Below are positions 1 to 8,790 of a DNA stretch of 64,000 bases, one piece after another. The stretch spans positions 860,580 to 924,579 of the forward strand of contig CAWIYV010000011.1 of assembly GCA_963840455.1 (NCBI GenBank), written 5' to 3'. Position numbers and translations under genes: made by a program. A model generated the notes under the pieces. The model saw only the letters and a list, made by a program, of their open reading frames with translations. It was not told the DNA's origin and ran no database searches. Numbering within the stretch: the first letter of the stretch is position 1; the number at the start of each line of letters is the position of its first letter. The stretch is from Nitrospirota bacterium. GTDB taxonomy: Bacteria; Nitrospirota; UBA9217.

Positions 1-635
1 TGTTCGCGCAGCTCCATTCTTTCTTCGACGACGTTTTCAACGGCTTTGATCTGGCGCGTCAGAAAATCTATGGACTCCTTGCTGATCTTGCCAGCCAATG
101 CCAGGTCCTCGTTCTGTTCAAGAAACGGCGCAACGCGATCTGTATTCAATGCCTTGACGTCATTCGTCTTGATCCGAAACCCATTGTTGCGGCAAATAAT
201 GTTCTGCAAGCTGATGATGAGCGAAGTCCTGAGCTTTACGAGATGACTTCTTTTGCGTAACAAGTCGCGGATCGGTCTATCTTCTTTCGGGTAAATGTAG
301 CCTTCGGGCAGGATTCCGAGCCGCAGCATCTCGGCCAGCCAGAAGGCATCATGCTGATCGTCTGAATACTTGAGTCCCTTATATTGTTTAATCTCCGTAG
401 GGTTGGCGAGATGAACCTTGTATCCTTCCGCCATGAGTGCATCCACCAACCAGTACCAGTTGTACGTGGACTCGATGACGATGCCGGTAATTGCATCAAT
501 GTAGGGTGCGAGGGCGGAAAGAATTTGTTCCGAATCATTGGGGAGCTTCCTCTTGAACACCCGTTTACCAGTTTCATCGATGATCGCCAGATAACTGTTG
601 CTTGAATGCAGATCAATTCCTGTGTACAATCGCAT
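1..635 (-). CDS. IS110/IS1111-family transposase (N-terminal DEDD RuvC-like domain), runs off left edge
   Basis: Not in ORF track (no stop in window). Hand translation from ATG at 635 (RBS aggagg): MRLYTGIDLHSSNSYLAIIDETGKRVF...IVIESTYNWYWLVDAL...HLANP...YSDDQHDAFWLAEMLRLG, with the GIDLH / EST / DxxDA motifs typical of IS110. Confidence 0.9.
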   Translation of the reverse strand, partial: MRLYTGIDLHSSNSYLAIIDETGKRVFKRKLPNDSEQILSALAPYIDAITGIVIESTYNWYWLVDALMAEGYKVHLANPTEIKQYKGLKYSDDQHDAFWLAEMLRLGILPEGYIYPKEDRPIRDLLRKRSHLVKLRTSLIISLQNIICRNNGFRIKTNDVKALNTDRVAPFLEQNEDLALAGKISKESIDFLTRQIKAVENVVEERMELRE

Positions 636-732
636 ACAGCACCTCCTGGGATGAGATTGGTCTCTTCTCCCAAGAGCATATCAGAGCTTAAACGTTCTGG
701 TATGCTCTGGAGGTGCCCTTTATATGGTTATA
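1..732 (-). mobile_element. IS110-family insertion sequence, upstream end at ~732
   Basis: Transposase plus ~97 bp non-coding end with hairpins (647-672, 673-708). Similarity to the uninterrupted sister sequence at 3885 begins abruptly at 733. Confidence 0.8.
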
Positions 733-895
733 CAGGTCTCTTTTGTTGCATTTCCCTCTTCCCCGCACCTTCGGACGCGGTCCCCTTCCCCTGCGAACCT
801 CTCGCGGTCGGGTCGATACTGTCTCCCTTTATTGATCCATCTACCCCGCACCCCGTTTCACTCCTTCAGTATGCCTCATCAACCAAAGCAGCCGC

Positions 896-1168
896 TCATT
901 TGAATGCGACGGCCGGATGGAGCTGGGCTGTTTCGAAGGTGATCAGTCCCGCCTGGACGAGCGGGTCCTGGTTCACGACCTTGTCGGCTTCCTCCCTCGT
1001 CTCCGCCCTGACGACGATCATACCGCCATGGTCGCCCCACTTGCCGGCCTGCACGAGGACGCCCGCTGCGAGCTGCTGCCTGGCCCATTCCCGGTGCAAG
1101 GGGATCGCCTTGCTGATCTGCGCCCGGTCCGCGTTGGATTTGAACTTGTTGATCGACATGAAGTACAT
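896..1168 (-). CDS. YCII-related protein (copy 1)
   Basis: 90 aa, H-R-E-W...LVQAG...GGMIVV...EEA...DP pattern; RBS gaggga; near-identical paralog at 4048-4320. Confidence 0.85.
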   Translation of the reverse strand: MYFMSINKFKSNADRAQISKAIPLHREWARQQLAAGVLVQAGKWGDHGGMIVVRAETREEADKVVNQDPLVQAGLITFETAQLHPAVAFK

Positions 1169-1248
1169 GCTTGTATCCCTCTTGGGACCCCTCAGGATCA
1201 GGTCTCTTTTGTTGCATTTCCTTCTTGCCGGGAGCCCGCGAGGGTCAC

Positions 1249-1293
1249 GATACTTCCGACACGGTGACAGGGAGACGCGGAGACACGGGGATA
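1249..1293. repeat. GACAC/GACGC-G(G/T)A short tandem repeat tract, left of HEPN/MNT module
   Basis: gatacttccgacacggtgacagggagacgcggagacacgggga; related longer tract at 2200-2270. Confidence 0.6.
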
Positions 1294-1413
1294 AGCAGAA
1301 GTCGTCCGAATCTCAGAGAACCCGTTACGCCGCCGCCTTGCGCGCTCTGTACTTCAGGGTCATGGGGCACGGGCCAGCGGTTCGATCCAGTTCTGCTGCG
1401 ACCGGCAGCCTGG

Positions 1414-1803
1414 TCAACGGGCGCCGATCTTCTTTTCGACAAATGCCCGCAGCGCCCGCACCATGTCCAGAGCGGCCGTGCGGTCAAGTTTCGTCTCCAC
1501 GGAAATGTCTTCATAGCGCAACAGCGTGCCGTAGGGTGTCAGCAGGTCGAGGTCGGCGAGGGAGGACGGCAAGGGGTGTCCGGCATCCGTTAAAAGGTCC
1601 ATCAACAGCCGTAGATTGTGCGTGCGGGGAAAGTGAACGCTGAATTCAGAGAGCAGCGCCTTGAGGAGCTTTTCCGAGGCCTGCTGGGCATGGAATCCGA
1701 ATATCTCATTGCTGATCCGCTCCCGGTCGACCACTTCGGCGAGAAGCGCCTCGTCCTCGACGGCCTTGCGGACGAACAGGAGCGCCTGTTCATGCTGCCT
1801 CAT
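1414..1803 (-). CDS. HEPN-domain protein (MNT-HEPN TA pair)
   Basis: FHAQQASEKLLKA, RTHNL and LRY motifs; overlaps the upstream nucleotidyltransferase stop. Confidence 0.9.
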   Translation of the reverse strand: MRQHEQALLFVRKAVEDEALLAEVVDRERISNEIFGFHAQQASEKLLKALLSEFSVHFPRTHNLRLLMDLLTDAGHPLPSSLADLDLLTPYGTLLRYEDISVETKLDRTAALDMVRALRAFVEKKIGAR

Positions 1804-2107
1804 ACAGCACCTTGCCTTCGCGGAGAGCGTCAAAATACACGTTGCCGGGCGTGGTAGCCCAATACTCGAACGTAGCCTGGCTTACCACGAGGAGGTCGAC
1901 GGAGATGCGGAGCGGGCTCAGAACGCGGTTCAGGCGTGCCATTTCAGCAACGCGGTCCTTGACATCGGCCTCCACGATCAGCAGATCGACGTCGCTGTCC
2001 TCGCGCGGCTCGCCCCTGCCGTAGGAACCGAACAGAATGATCTTGCGCGGACGGGCCGCGTCCGAGAGGATCCTCGCTGCCTCCGCGATCTTTTCCTGTG
2101 CGACCAT
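1790..2107 (-). CDS. Minimal nucleotidyltransferase (MNT)
   Basis: ILFGSYGRG...DSDVDLLIV motif; start MVAQEK chosen after RBS aggagg. Confidence 0.9.
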   Translation of the reverse strand: MVAQEKIAEAARILSDAARPRKIILFGSYGRGEPREDSDVDLLIVEADVKDRVAEMARLNRVLSPLRISVDLLVVSQATFEYWATTPGNVYFDALREGKVLYEAA

Positions 2108-2199
2108 GCTCTCACGGCCTCCTGACCGGTACACCTTTTTGTAGCATAACGGGACGCCAAATACAAGGCGAAACCGGCAGCCACTGCGATCTAAAATCA

Positions 2200-2270
2200 T
2201 GACACGGGGACGCGGTGACACGGAGACGATACTTCCGACAGGGAGACGCGGTGACACGGGGACACGGTGA
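2200..2270. repeat. GACAC/GACGC short tandem repeat tract, right of HEPN/MNT module
   Basis: gacacggggacgcggtgacacggagacgatacttccgacagggagacgcggtgacacggggacacggtga. Confidence 0.65.
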
Positions 2271-2339
2271 TATGACCCCCTGAGGGTCAGTTCTTTCCTC
2301 TCGAAATTCCCCGTTTGCCCACCTGCCTTTTTCTTGAGC

Positions 2340-2567
2340 TCAGCAGCAGGAACTGATCTCAGCGGTTATGTCTATGACCGGGATGTCTTGCAGAAATCGC
2401 TTGAGTTTCTGTTCTTCCTGCGGGGTTATGGACGGATAGGACAGGACTTCCAATTCGGTGATAAAAGAAACGGAGAATTCGCCCTCGGGCAGGGCATCGA
2501 CGGGGATTTTCTTTCCAATCAGGTAGAGCAGGATATTGGTGTCGAGCAGGAACCTATTTCCACTCAC
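2340..2567 (-). pseudogene. VapC/PIN toxin, C-terminally truncated
   Basis: LLDTNILLY...SFITELE PIN N-terminus but only 75 aa; lacks the distal D..I.A..L.T.D motifs. Confidence 0.75.
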
Positions 2568-2769
2568 TCCTTACTCTCCTTTGATAGCTCAACGGTTCTT
2601 CTTCGATATGCACGATCCCGGCATAGTCTCTCAATTTTTCCCTGACCATGCCGTGCTGTCCCGGCTCCAGGATCCGCTCGATCTTCGTCCATTCAGCGTA
2701 GTCGATGATGACTTCCACCGGTTTGTTGTGCTCGTCCAGCACGATCTTTTTATGGATTGTTCCGCTCAT
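2554..2769 (-). CDS. Putative antitoxin of the PIN toxin
   Basis: 71 aa, overlaps the PIN start, ends EPLSYQRRVRSEW, typical of small antitoxins. Confidence 0.7.
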   Translation of the reverse strand: MSGTIHKKIVLDEHNKPVEVIIDYAEWTKIERILEPGQHGMVREKLRDYAGIVHIEEEPLSYQRRVRSEWK

Positions 2770-2948
2770 AGCAGCCGCCGAAAACCACGGTTTTTCCGCA
2801 CCATTCGTTCTCAAAATGACTATAGTACAACGAGAGGGAAAATGCAATGAGAAGTTACCGTTTTGCTCTTCGGCATTCTTCTGCGCCGCCAGACGCGGGG
2901 ATGTGCAGAAGTCCCCCGAATCTTAGACCACCTGCGGGTCAGGGCCAT

Positions 2949-2990
2949 ACGGAAGATCATTCCTTTGCTTTTTCCAGCCGATCCAGCAGT
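2949..2990 (-). pseudogene. 3'-end remnant of the ERPxHP small-protein family
   Basis: Encodes LLDRLEKAKE* plus downstream tcttccgt, matching LLERLAKAKG* and its downstream bases at 15171-15211. Confidence 0.65.
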
Positions 2991-3129
2991 GACCTCATAG
3001 GGTCGGACTTAAAGATTGAATTACTTCCCAGCGCCCAGTTGGGGGTCAACTCTTTACCGTTGACATTCCCCGCTGTTTCGCTTCTGCTGTGCCCATTCTT
3101 CCCCGCTCCCGCCTGCACGACCCCGCGCT

Positions 3130-3903
3130 CTATTTAAGCACATCGACCTGAACATTCCCATAGGGATTTTCATCGGCATCGAGCCTATATCCCATGCAGG
3201 ACGGCATGGGCGTTGCCCCGTCATTGGCAAATATGCCCCACCGCGCGAAAAAGGCGTCGACAACGGCTCCGGTGAAAACAGCCGGGGCCAGGAAAAGATC
3301 TGCATTGCTGGGCTTGACGTGGAAGTGGATATGGCTTCCGATCCCCGCGTTCGGAGGCAGGTACATGTACGCAATGATGTCGCCTTTCGTGACGCGCTGC
3401 CCCCGGGAGACAAGGATGAACTGCTTGTAGAAATCCGTCGACGGTTCGGGGATCATCGGTTCGATGCTATAGGAGAAGCGATAGACCGTTGAGCCTTCCC
3501 GGGCATAGGCGATATCGATGCCGTACCGGTCATTCGACCCGACCGGAAAGTTATAATCGATCCTGTCGATGTAGCCGTCCGCCACGGCGTAGATGGCGGG
3601 ATAATTGGACGGCGCCGTTCCGCCCGTTGGCCAGACGTTCGAGGTATTGTCCCAGTGAACGTGCGCCCCCTGATGGGGTGTGTTCGACCGCCGTCCCTTG
3701 AACGGATGCCCGGCGTCGACATACTGGACGTCTACAAGGAACCGGTCCGAGCGGTTCGCCTGGACCTGCGCGCGGGTGGGCAGGCCCGGGTAGGGATCGA
3801 CCGCGCCGCCGCCTGATCCGCCCCCTCCGCATCCCGGGGACAGGACGAAGGTAAGGGTAATGGCGATGAGGAACCCTATGGGGTCAGGTCTCTTTTGTTG
3901 CAT
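3130..3903 (-). CDS. Lipoprotein with M23-peptidase-like fold
   Basis: Hydrophobic stretch + SPGC lipobox-like, HQGAH...IYAVADG...V.KGD.IA...HIHFH motifs; the only upstream ATG lies within the repeat site. Confidence 0.7.
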   Translation of the reverse strand: MQQKRPDPIGFLIAITLTFVLSPGCGGGGSGGGAVDPYPGLPTRAQVQANRSDRFLVDVQYVDAGHPFKGRRSNTPHQGAHVHWDNTSNVWPTGGTAPSNYPAIYAVADGYIDRIDYNFPVGSNDRYGIDIAYAREGSTVYRFSYSIEPMIPEPSTDFYKQFILVSRGQRVTKGDIIAYMYLPPNAGIGSHIHFHVKPSNADLFLAPAVFTGAVVDAFFARWGIFANDGATPMPSCMGYRLDADENPYGNVQVDVLK

Positions 3904-4047
3904 TTCCCTCTTCCCCGCACCTTCGGACGCGGTCCCCTCCCCCTACGAACCTCTCGGGGTCCGGTCGATGCTGGCTCCCATTATTGATCCATGTACCCCG
4001 CACCCTGTTTCTTTCCTTCAGTGTGCCTCATCAACCAGAGCAGCCGC

Positions 4048-4320
4048 TCATGTGAATGCGACGGCCGGATGGAGCTGGGCTGTTTCGAAGGTGATCAGTC
4101 CCGCCTGGACGAGCGGGTCCTGGTTCACGACCTTGTCGGCTTCCTCCCTGGTCTCCGCCCTGACGACGATCATACCGCCATGGTCGCCCCACTTGCCGGC
4201 CTGCACGAGGACGCCCGCTGCGAGCTGCTGCCTGGCCCATTCCCGGTGCAAGGTGATCGCCTTGCTGATCTGCGCCCGGTCCGCGTTGGCTTTGAACTTG
4301 TTGATCGACATGAAGTACAT
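4048..4320 (-). CDS. YCII-related protein (copy 2)
   Basis: Differs from 896-1168 at 3 of 90 aa. Confidence 0.85.
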   Translation of the reverse strand: MYFMSINKFKANADRAQISKAITLHREWARQQLAAGVLVQAGKWGDHGGMIVVRAETREEADKVVNQDPLVQAGLITFETAQLHPAVAFT

Positions 4321-4619
4321 GCGTGTATCCCTCTTGGGCTTAGAGGTCAGGTCCGTTTGGGGTCGGACTTCAAGACTTAAGGTTCTCTTACTCTGACCAA
4401 CTCTTTAAGATGAAGGACTGAATACGCTCGGGAACAGGTCTTTCATTTCGACATTGAAGCCCCAGGCAGCTGCTGCAGGAAATCTTCGATCCTCGAGGTC
4501 GCACTAATTTCAGGTCCTAATGGCTCGTCTTACTCCGGATCAACCTGGCGGGGACGCGCTCGGTCCTGGATTCTCCTTCTCCCGCTCGTCCGATACGCGG
4601 CCTTGTTCTCACTGATATA

Positions 4620-5055
4620 TCGATCTTTCGCTTCGGCTTATCCGGCACCACCAGAGCTGCCGGATTGCGGCAATGATATCCTGAATCGCTGCATCATGCC
4701 CTCCGACCTTTTGCTCCAGTTCGCCCAGTTTATGCGCCAATTCCCTGCTGGTAGCCAGCAAATCACGAAGTCGCACAAACGTTCTGACGACGTCAATGTT
4801 CTCACGTCAGCGGCCCGGTGCGAGTTCAACTACGACCTGCTTGTCCTCAACGTGTCCGGCATCAGAAGAACCCTGAGGCCAGGTCTTTTCGGGCTGTTGC
4901 CCGAACGGATTCGATCTTCCGGGGTCAGGCTGGAATCCTGGAATGCTATCTCTCCACCGCCCGCTGCCACGCGAACTTGATGTTCCAAAATGGCACTTCA
5001 AGTTGTCGAACTCATCTCTTGCGTGCTCAACCATAAATCATCGGGAACCGCGCAT
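4620..5055 (-). pseudogene. Fragments of an ORF6N (KilA-N-like) domain gene
   Basis: 4950-5055 gives RFP-DD-(F)M...DEFDNLKCHFGTSS (frameshifted); 4620-4800 gives NIDVVRTFVRLRDLLATSRELAHKLGELEQK...IRQL..PDKPKRKI, the typical ORF6N C-terminus. Confidence 0.65.
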
Positions 5056-5083
5056 ATTCATCTTCCCGCCCGATCACTGCCGA

Positions 5084-5485
5084 TCAGGCGCTCCAGTCGA
5101 CAACTTTAAGGTCCTTTATCTGCTTAAACTCTTTGGTATTATTGGTGACGAGGGCCGCGCCGAGCGCGAGGGCGTGGGCGCCGATCAGCATATCCATGGA
5201 CCCGATCGGTTTCCCCGCTTTTTCAAGATCGGCCCGGACCGCTCCATACGCCGCAGCCGACTTTTCATTGAAGTCCTCTATCTCGAGGGGCAGGATGAAC
5301 TCATCGAGGGCCTGACGGTTCTTCTCGACGTGCTGGCTCTTCGATACGCCGTACCGAAGCTCGGCAAGGGTTATGGAGGAAATGCCGATATCACCGACCG
5401 CATGGGACTTGAAATGCTTGAGCACTTTGGGAGGCTTTTGCTTGATGAGGTAAATGCAGATGTTCGTATCCAGCATATACTTCAT
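5084..5485 (-). CDS. vapC: VapC PIN-domain toxin
   Basis: YMLDTNICIY...SSITLAEL...IGSMDMLIGAHAL...LVTNN.KEF. Confidence 0.95.
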   Translation of the reverse strand: MKYMLDTNICIYLIKQKPPKVLKHFKSHAVGDIGISSITLAELRYGVSKSQHVEKNRQALDEFILPLEIEDFNEKSAAAYGAVRADLEKAGKPIGSMDMLIGAHALALGAALVTNNTKEFKQIKDLKVVDWSA

Positions 5486-5712
5486 CAAAACCCCTCCCGC
5501 TTCTGCGCCTTCGGTTGCTTCCTCTCTGACATGAAGTCATTGGTGAATTTATCGAGGCTGTGTATCAGGGTGTCCCAGGAATTCTTTGTCGGGAGCAGCA
5601 CCACGGCATTTCCGGACTTCTTGACGAACACGTGGTCGTCCTCGAACCGGAATTCCTTGGGCAGACGAACAGCCTGACTCTGGCCGTTCTGGAACAGTTT
5701 CGCGGTCTTCAT
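5485..5712 (-). CDS. vapB: VapB antitoxin (AbrB-type)
   Basis: MKTAKLFQNGQSQAVRLPKEFRF signature. Confidence 0.95.
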   Translation of the reverse strand: MKTAKLFQNGQSQAVRLPKEFRFEDDHVFVKKSGNAVVLLPTKNSWDTLIHSLDKFTNDFMSERKQPKAQKREGF

Positions 5713-5729
5713 AATGCACCTCCTCGTAA

Positions 5730-5769
5730 TCTATACTCATAGTATAGACTAAGCTCGGTCGGCGTGCAA
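5730..5769 (-). promoter_or_regulatory. vapBC promoter with palindromic operator
   Basis: Minus strand TTGCAC...TATACT; inverted repeat tctatact-cat-agtataga overlaps the -10. Confidence 0.65.
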
Positions 5770-5867
5770 GGGCTTTTTTGTGCAGCCTGAGAATCTGCAA
5801 GAATGCGGGCCAGGTCTTTAAAACGACCCATGGCAATTAAGAAGTAAGAATTATGAATTAAGAAACT

Positions 5868-5980
5868 CAACTTTTCGTAATCTTTCCTTTTGTATTTTTA
5901 ATGATCGCTACAAATATGGCTATCAGCTCGTCACATTCTTTCTGCAGATCAACAAGCCGCTTATCTTCAACAATCTCGCC
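5868..5980 (-). pseudogene. 3' remnant of a four-helix-bundle (23S IVS-protein-like) gene
   Basis: GEIVEDKRLVDLQKECDELIAIFVAIIKNTKGKITKS*; flanked by heptamer repeats (aattaagaagtaagaattatgaattaag). Confidence 0.6.
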
Positions 5981-6139
5981 CTATTATTTTTCTTCCTTCC
6001 TCATTCTTCCTTGCATCCCCTGCGGTGTCAGATCTTTAATGTTTATATTCCTTCAGCTTCTTCCTCTTTGCCTTCTTCCCCTTCTTCCCCTCCACCAGCG
6101 GACAAGCTGCCGGGCTTACAAGCCAGCATGCTTCGCCGG

Positions 6140-6886
6140 CTAGAGGCCGATGAGCATGCGGACCAGGCGCTTGCCCGTGGGGACCGCGAAGAGGGCGAAG
6201 TCCTTCCCTGTCGCATCCGGGCCGACATAGGTGCCGAACATCCTGTCCCAGACCGTGAAGACAAAGCCGAGGTTCTTGTTGGTCAGCCCCTTCGCCCCGT
6301 GGTGGATCCGGTGATAGTTCGGCGTGATCAGGACCTTTTCCAGGGGTCCGAGGTCCACCCAGATGTTCGCATGGATCCAGATGTTGACCACGACGCCGAA
6401 GGAGAACGCCGCGCCCGCTTCTGCGACCGACAGGTGGAGAAGAACATAGACGATCACGATCTGGGGAACGGCGAACAGGAAGAGGTGCGTGACGCTCGTC
6501 CGCGCACCGGAGAGCCACCAGATCTCCCCGATGGAATGGTGAAAGGAATGGGTGCGCCACAGGAAGGGCGTGTGCATCGCCCGGTGGACCCAGTAGAGAC
6601 CGCAGTCGACCAGGACGATCGCGAACAGTATCTTCGCAGGGCCTGGAAGGCTCCGGAGGCGGTCCACCGACAGCGCGGCATCCAGGTCGAGCGCGGCGCA
6701 CCCGGCCAGGACCAGCCGCTTCGACAGCTCCCCCGCCACGATGACCACGAGGATCGCCGCGATATTGAGCCCGAGCTCGCTGCGCCGGTCCACGGAGAAG
6801 CCCGGACGGCGCCGCTCCAGACGATCGACGATGAACACAACGAGCATGAGGGTGACGCCTTGGTAGAGTTGCTCCGGCTGGACCAT
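6140..6886 (-). CDS. Sterol desaturase / fatty acid hydroxylase family protein
   Basis: YWVHRAMH, WRTHSFHHS, HANI, TPNYHRIHH, NLG...WDRMFGT His boxes; RBS aggag. Confidence 0.9.
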   Translation of the reverse strand: MVQPEQLYQGVTLMLVVFIVDRLERRRPGFSVDRRSELGLNIAAILVVIVAGELSKRLVLAGCAALDLDAALSVDRLRSLPGPAKILFAIVLVDCGLYWVHRAMHTPFLWRTHSFHHSIGEIWWLSGARTSVTHLFLFAVPQIVIVYVLLHLSVAEAGAAFSFGVVVNIWIHANIWVDLGPLEKVLITPNYHRIHHGAKGLTNKNLGFVFTVWDRMFGTYVGPDATGKDFALFAVPTGKRLVRMLIGL

Positions 6887-7203
6887 GGCTCTCCTGTTCT
6901 CCCCGCAGATACGTTGGAGGCGGGGGTATCTGCAGAGCATTTATGAAGTGCACCCCCGCAGCGTCAGTTCTACTTTCTTGTCATCGTGTCCTGCTTGCAG
7001 TGCATTTCTGGGAGGTCGAAGGATGGGATTGGGAAGAACGGGCAGAGCCTCCCGACAAATCGAGAGTACTATAACCGCCTTCTGTTTGCAAGGACTTCGA
7101 TGGATAACAGAGCTTTCTGATATACTCTAAGAAGGAAGACACCTGCCGGGTGTGGTACAAGGCCAGAAAAGCAATTATATCCATATTTGTTGAAGGAGGC
7201 ATT

Positions 7204-8055
7204 ATGTTAAAGCGTATCCTGGGAATTCTGCTGCTGGTCGTGTGCGTAAGCCCGCTGGCTCCGGTCCTGGCGGCCAGCGATCCCAACGATGCCGAGGGCA
7301 GCAAGGACCCGGCCCTGTTCAGCCGCATGCCCGGGTTTCACATCTATAACTACAAGGAGATTGATTTCGATCGCTTCGAATTTGAGGTCGGACCCCGCAA
7401 GACGCAGGCGATCGAGGGCCGGCATGTTTATGTCGATTACTATGCCAACGAGGGCATCAAAGTTCCCAGCGGCCTGCAGATCACCCGGAATTACATCAAT
7501 GCCGCCAAGGCTGTGGGAGGAACATCGGTCTATGAGTTCGAGGACGGCGGCGTTCAGTATGTCACGCTGAAGGTCGTCAAGAACAATGTCGAGGCCTGGG
7601 CCAGGGTCGAAGGGTCCGGGAACGGGACGTACAAGGTCCACATCATCGAAAAGCAGCTTATGAAGCAGGAGGTGGTGGCCAATGCCGAAAGCCTGGCGGG
7701 CAGCATCCGGGAGACCGGCAAGGCCGCTGTCTATGGCATCTATTTCGACACCGGCAAGGCCGAGATCAAGCCGGAGTCGGAGGCGGCCCTGGCTGAGATC
7801 GCCAAGCTGCTCAAGGCCGATCCCAAGCTGAAGCTCTATGTGGTCGGCCACACCGACAACGTCGGCCTCTTTGGCTCCAATATCAAGCTTTCCGATGACC
7901 GGGCAGCTGCGGTCGTCAAGGCCCTGGTCGGCAAATACGGCATCGTCTCCTCCCGCCTTACGCCCTTCGGCGACGGCCCCACGGCGCCGGTGGCCTCCAA
8001 CAAGAGCGAGGAAGGACGGGCCAAGAACCGCCGGGTGGAGCTGGTGGCACAGTAA
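7204..8055 (+). CDS. OmpA-family protein
   Basis: Signal peptide; IYFDTGK...VVGHTD...N..LS..RA...NRRVELV. Confidence 0.92.
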   Translation: MLKRILGILLLVVCVSPLAPVLAASDPNDAEGSKDPALFSRMPGFHIYNYKEIDFDRFEFEVGPRKTQAIEGRHVYVDYYANEGIKVPSGLQITRNYINAAKAVGGTSVYEFEDGGVQYVTLKVVKNNVEAWARVEGSGNGTYKVHIIEKQLMKQEVVANAESLAGSIRETGKAAVYGIYFDTGKAEIKPESEAALAEIAKLLKADPKLKLYVVGHTDNVGLFGSNIKLSDDRAAAVVKALVGKYGIVSSRLTPFGDGPTAPVASNKSEEGRAKNRRVELVAQ

Positions 8056-8549
8056 GAAGGGCACCCCACTGAAAACACCTTTACTACATGCCCGGTCGTC
8101 CTCAGTACATTTCGGAAACTTGCCCTGTGGGCTTCGGACATCCGAAATGCTTTACCCTCGGACTCGGTCGCCTGCCTAAATTTAAGCTCCCAGGTGCAAA
8201 CGGCAGTGGAGCTTCGATCCTCAAGGTTGTGTATTTATTCTAATCGCTTTCTATCCCCGGATACAGCTGCGGGGATGCGCTCGCTCCTGGATTTTCGTAT
8301 GGGACTGCCTCAGCGGCAACGGCCACTGTCGCTGCTTCTGCCTTACCCAAGCGCCGGGCAGCCCGGCTGCGATGACTGTGCGTATGCATGGAACGATCAC
8401 AGAACACAGGACTACCGCATGGCTAAAGCAGACACGGCCGAACTCGGTCTTTTACGGGCGAGGGGAAGTGCTGCGATCGCCACAAAATATCGTTTGCTTA
8501 AACAATCCCCACATGCTTAGCACAGCAAGCCACCGGGTTGCCCAATAAA
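8054..8549 (+). repeat. Composite MITE/REP-like element (family C) with nested family-B insert
   Basis: Highly similar to 9146-9438 and to the reverse complement of 21465-22073. Confidence 0.8.
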
Positions 8550-8607
8550 ACCAAGGAGCCTGAACATCTGCGATGACCCGGATCTTTACGTCATGATGCC
8601 TCTGCCT

Positions 8608-8790
8608 TTTGTCCCCTTTCTTGCGTGCCCAAGAAAGTGACCCAAAGAAGGGCACCCGACGAAAATTCTTCACGGCATGCTCGGTCGTCCTCAGTACATT
8701 TTCGGAAACTTGCCCTACGGGCTTCGGACATCCGAAATGTTTTACCCTCGTCCTCTGTCGCCTGCCTAAATTTTCGTATGGGACTGCTCT
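8608..8790 (+). repeat. Family C copy lacking the nested insert
   Basis: tttcttgcgtgcccaagaaagtgacccaaagaagggcaccc...cctgcctaaatt|ttcgtatggga (empty site). Confidence 0.8.

Noticed and set aside
236-1643. ORF-track entries 236-679(-) and 606-1643(+)
   Set aside because: Off-frame or antisense shadows of the IS110 transposase, YCII and HEPN genes.
5868-5980. DGR accessory (Avd-like) gene
   Set aside because: Only a C-terminal four-helix-bundle remnant; no reverse transcriptase, and no TR/VR pair with adenine-specific differences was noticed.
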